64,000 nucleotides of DNA. Source: Anaeramoeba ignava BMAN. Lineage: Eukaryota; Protista; Anaeramoebae. The position numbers were made by a program, and so were the translations under genes. The notes beneath the pieces were generated by a model. That model ran no database searches. It saw nothing but the letters and a program-made list of their open reading frames with translations, and was not told the DNA's origin. The stretch's first letter is position 1; every line of letters starts with the position of its first letter. The stretch lies in the NCBI GenBank assembly GCA_028826165.1, contig JAPDFW010000087.1, positions 257,526 to 321,525 on the forward strand, read 5' to 3'. This document shows, piece by piece, positions 59,801 to 64,000 of the stretch.

Positions 59801-61873
59801 GAATAAAGTTTCTAAGTTTCCTTTTACTTGTTTAGAAATGGCTTCGAATATGTAATTTTCAAGAATCGATATTTTTCCTTCTTTAGAAATGATATTTTGT
59901 AGAAAATGAGATGAAAATTTGATTAGTTGAATCACATTATCAATTTGCAGTATATAATCATTGTTTTCATTTTCTGAAATTGAAATTGTCTGATTTAATA
60001 TTTTTTCCCATTTGCTTTTTGTGATATTCTCTTCGTCAAAGAAAGATAATAAAACAGCATTTTCCTTGATATTTTGCATTAAACTGGCAATAAACTCTTC
60101 TTCAATACGTGAGAAATTAATCTTACAATCTGGTATTTTCTTGATTTCTCTTAAAAATTTTGGGGAATATTCAAAAAGAAGAATTTGTTTAGATTGTATT
60201 TGTTCGAAAATGGAGATTTCTAAAGGTTTCCAAATTTCTTCTGGGATTTGTCTTTTAGAAAGGATATGTATGAATTGATTTGCCAAATATTCATTTTTAT
60301 ATTGAAATATTTTAGGGAAAATGGCCAAAATTTGTGTTTTATGAATGAATAATGAGAATTGATCATTTTGATTTTGTGATAGAAAATAGGAAGTACATTC
60401 TTGCCAAGCTGAAATGAGCGGTTTTGTTTGTTTTGTGATGATTTTCGCATTTGGTTTTTCGATTGGATACCACAAAGAGTTGAAGAAATTTTCAAGAAAA
60501 GATTGATAAATGAGATTTTTAGGAATGTAATTAATGAATGGAAGTAGACACGAATAAGAATATTGGGATGAATTATAGCAATCGTTTTGAATGAAATAAA
60601 AAAGAGATTGGAATATAGATTTTAGATTTTGGAATAGTGTCGAATGTGTATTGAATTTTCTTTCGATTTTGATATTTGGGTTTTCTGCTTTTTTTGTTAT
60701 TTTCTTTTTCTTTTTCTTTTTCATTTTCATTATTTTCATTATTTTCATTATTTTCGTTTTGTATTAAATCCCAAGCCTTTTCTGAAAATTTTTTCAAAAA
60801 TATTAATATAAATTCCCACATTTCTTGATGAACTTTTGCGTCTTTTCCATTTTAAAAGCAGTAAATGCAGTTATTAAAAATATTGAAAATTTATGAATTG
60901 CTTTGGATCACATTGTTCAAATTATCTGTAACAACCATCAATAAATGGAATGCTGCAGTTCGTATTGATGCGAATTCAGAAACAATAAAATTAGAGAAGC
61001 AATCCATTAAAATATCTTTAAAAATCTGGGAGAATTTTGGATTACTTTCAATTCGTGAATTAAAAGTTTTTCTTTTCAAAAGAAATATCATCAACTATTC
61101 ATGATTTTCTTGGAGTGTTTGATGGAGTAAAGAGAGTTTTAATTGCGGCTGAAATTATTCTCTCATACATTTCTTGTCTTTTTCTTTCTCAGTAATTCTT
61201 GGATTTGAAATAGTAGAAACAGTCAATTTCAAAGTGTTTTTGAAAATAAAGAAGAAAATCCTTAAAACAAAAATTAAGAACATTAATTCTATTTTGGAAT
61301 TTTGGAAAAGCCATTTCAAAAGCTTGTTTGGATAATTTTCTGACTTCATTTGCTGGGTCATTTTGAGCACAAAAACCAAATGGGAATGATATCATGAAGA
61401 AAAGGCGAAATTTCAGCTTTCGAATTTTTGGAAAATTTGGATAAAAATGATGAACGTAAATTCACGCACTTTTCTTTCAACTGAAATTGCTAGAAATGTA
61501 AACACTTTTTGTCCAATAAGGAAGAAGTTGGACAATATTCTGTGTGTTTGATTCTTGATTCACAAATGATAAAAAGTCTTGCATTCCCTTTAATATTGTT
61601 GTTGGATCTTGTTTTTAAAATTTCTTAAAAATAATCCGCATTTCTGGTTTTAAAAAATCTAAATCATTCAAACTAAAATTCATTCCAAATTGCGGATTGA
61701 TTGTTGTGTTTTTACTTGGTTCGTTTGAATTAAATGCTGAAAATCCAATGAATCCTGTATTTGTATGTGTTTTCTGTTTGGATTTTGTTGGTGATTTTTG
61801 TGTTTGTTGTTTTTTTTGTGGTTTTTTGATTTTTGTATTTGTTTTTTTTACTGTATTTATTTTTTCTTGGCAT
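56861..61873 (-). CDS. LTN1: Listerin / LTN1 E3 ubiquitin ligase (ribosome quality control); the 5' ~1.1 kb is broken by indels
   Basis: C-terminal RWD-like region (LPKDYPL..VWRKW) and RING (FEGREPCPICYSIVH..LPRLTCQTCHHKFHAICLYKWF..CPLCR). N-terminal listerin motifs (GFIGF, QDPTTILKG, CAQNDPANEV..AFEMAFP) are spread over several frames between ~60750 and the ATG at 61873. Confidence 0.9.
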
Positions 61874-61978
61874 TTTTTAATTTAATTTAATAAAAAAAAA
61901 AAGAAAGAAAAAATGAAAAAAAATTTTTTTAATTTTTATTTTTCATTTTTTTTCATTTTTTTTTTTAATTTTTACAAA
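61874..61978. promoter_or_regulatory. Compact bidirectional promoter between LTN1 and the Ubl gene
   Basis: Only 105 bp separate the divergent ATGs; AAATGAAAAA (minus-strand Inr-like) at ~61911 and TTTCATTTT copies at ~61941-61960. Confidence 0.6.
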
Positions 61979-63389
61979 ATGAAAATTTTTATTTTACAAG
62001 TTTCAAAAACAGAAAAACATGAATTGGAAGTTGAACCTAAAGAAACAATTACCGAATTGAAAAAGAAAATTAGTGATAAATTACTTCTTCAAAACCAAGA
62101 GATGACATTAATTTTTGCTGGAAGAAAATTAATGGATTCACAAACAATACAATTTTATAACATTCAAAAAGGAAATACGATACATTTAATGACAAGAGCA
62201 AAACAAGAAGAAACATATGCGAATCCTCAACAAAATTATCAACAACAAAATTATCAACAACAAAATTATCAACAACAAAATTATCAAAATCCAAATCAAA
62301 ATTATCAACAACAAAATTATCCTCAACAAAATTATCAACAACAAAATTATCAAAATCCAAATCAAAATTATCAACAACAACAACAACAAAGTTATCAAAA
62401 TCCAAATCCAAATCCAAATCAATTTTATCAACAACAACAAACTTATCAACAACAAAATCCAAATCAAAATCAAAATCAAAATCAAAATCAAAATTTTCAA
62501 AACCAAAATTTTCAATTTACATCAACAAATCAAATTGGACAAGATGTTTCCAATTTTATCAACAATGTTTTCTCTCAAGTTTTCTCAAATAATCAAGGAC
62601 AAACACAAACACAAACACAAACACAATTTCAATTTTTTGGTGATGATGATGATGACGATGATGATGATTATTCTCAATTTACACAATTTCCATTTAATTC
62701 ATTTCAATTTCAATCAAATCAACCACATTCATTTACTTATTCATTCAATGTAACACAACCAAGAGTAAGTGTTCACGAACAAAGATATAGTCAAGTTCAC
62801 GAAACACCACGATTTGAAGAATATCAATATAATTCACAAACACAAAATCAACAAAATCAACAAAATCAACAAAATCAACAAAATCAACAAAATCAACAAA
62901 ATAATTCACAATCATTTGGACAAAATGGAGCTTCTCGAGCAATTTATAAATCAGGCATGAAATTCCCTCAAAATTCAACTTTTCCTAATTCCACAATTTT
63001 TGGATCAAGTTCCAAATTTGGTCAATTATGCCATTTTGGTGATTCTTGTGTTTTTGGATCAAGTTCTAAATTTGGACAATTATCTAAATGGGGAAATCTT
63101 TGTGTTTTTGGATCAAGTTCTAAATTCGATCAAGGTTGTGAATTTAAAAATCAAACTACTTTTGGAAATTCTTCTGTTTTTGCTCAAAATTCAATTTTTG
63201 GAAATAATACTACTTTTTGGAAAGAGTTGCAAATTTAGTCAAAATTGTGTTTTTGGAGAAAATTGTTTTTTTGGAGATAATTGCAAATTTTCACAAAATT
63301 GCAAAATTGGAAGTAATTCAACTATTGGAAAGAATTCATCATATTCACAAAGTTGTCAATTTGGACAAAATTGCGTTTTCAAGAAGTGA
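61979..63389 (+). CDS. Ubiquitin-like domain + Q/N/Y-rich region + C-terminal Phe/Gly hexapeptide-repeat (beta-helix-like) protein
   Basis: The likely ATG is at 61979 (MKIFI..LEVEPKETITELKKKI..LIFAGRKLMD..YNIQKGNTIHL, a Ubl domain). One extra T in 63214-63218 joins this frame to ORF 63000..63389 and keeps the 6-residue repeat register. Confidence 0.85.
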
Positions 63390-63408
63390 TTTTTTCACTT
63401 TCTTTTTC

Positions 63409-63439
<31 letters not shown>

Positions 63440-63454
63440 ACTTTTTGGAATAAA

Positions 63455-63850
63455 CTTGATTTTAATTTTAATTTTGATTTTAGTTTTAATTTTAATTTTA
63501 ATTTTAATTTTAATTTTAATTTTAATTTTTAATTTTAATTTTAATTTTTTTAAATTTTAATTTTATTTTTATTTTAAAATTTAATTTTAATTTTAATTTT
63601 AATTTTAATTTTGATTTTAATTTTAATTTTAATTTTAAATTTTAATTTGATTTTAATTTTAAATTTGATTTTAATTTTAATTTTAATTTTAATTTTGATT
63701 TTGATTTTAATTTTGATTTTAATTTTGATTTTAATTTTAATTTTAATTTTAATTTTAATTTTAATTTTAATTTTAATTTTAATTTTAATTTTAATTTTAA
63801 TTTTAATTTTAATTTTAATTTTAATTTTAGATTTAATTTTAATTTTTAAT
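63455..63850. repeat. (TTTTAA)n microsatellite
   Basis: Visible array; explains the poly-IL ORF. Confidence 0.95.
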
Positions 63851-63905
63851 TTTCAATTTTTCATTTTTTTTTTCATTTTTTTTGTTTTTTGAAGTTTGAA
63901 TTGAA

Positions 63906-64000
63906 ATGTCAACAAATCAATTACAAAAATCTACAAAGGAACAATAATAGATAGTTCAAAAACGGGACATTTCAGATTATTAAAGGGCTCGTCAGTACAG
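63906..64000 (+). CDS. 5' end of a gene truncated by the window edge (MSTNQLQKSTKEQLIDSSKTGHFRLLKGSSVQ...)
   Basis: ATG preceded by TCATTTT motifs; open frame with coding-like GC content to the window end. Confidence 0.55.

Noticed and set aside
61610-61620. Stop-codon reassignment (TAA read as sense) suggested by the in-frame TAA in LTN1
   Set aside because: TAA terminates RIO1, Vps34, H2A and the MRH gene at the expected positions, and the long ORFs have no internal TAA. The site is a T-run/A-run boundary in an error-rich patch.
1-64000. tRNA, rRNA or snRNA genes
   Set aside because: No cloverleaf, box A/B or rRNA-like GC-rich segment was recognised by eye; small AT-rich ncRNAs cannot be excluded without an Infernal or tRNAscan search.

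Overview
This is extremely AT-rich eukaryotic nuclear DNA. It uses the standard genetic code and GT-AG spliceosomal introns. The NQ/NE/EK low-complexity protein style resembles anaerobic protists such as Anaeramoeba (Metamonada), but that assignment is an inference. I can reconstruct about 17 protein-coding genes: a 4-TM claudin/amastin-like protein, RIO1 kinase, a possible winged-helix factor, an IQ-DH-PH RhoGEF, a two-MRH-domain sorting receptor, an NT-C2-like protein, a SANT/Myb protein, a large protein with an apparently inactivated Zator/TP36-type transposase domain, a TLDc-FHA-AAA ATPase, a protein with three SARAF-like domains (one per exon), two tandem 4-TM paralogues, a Vps34-type PI3K lacking C2, a divergent histone H2A, listerin/LTN1, a ubiquitin-like + Q/N-rich + Phe-hexapeptide protein, and one gene cut off by the window edge. 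Most long introns and spacers are filled with short tandem repeats, and these account for most spurious ORFs in the track. One 6.4-kb array of 44 x ~146-bp units lies directly upstream of the H2A gene. Several genes have homopolymer frameshifts that are most likely assembly errors. The best leads are the putative domesticated transposase, the triple-SARAF protein, the 146-bp satellite beside the variant H2A, and the Ubl/beta-helix protein. All family calls come from motif recognition by eye; no searches were run.
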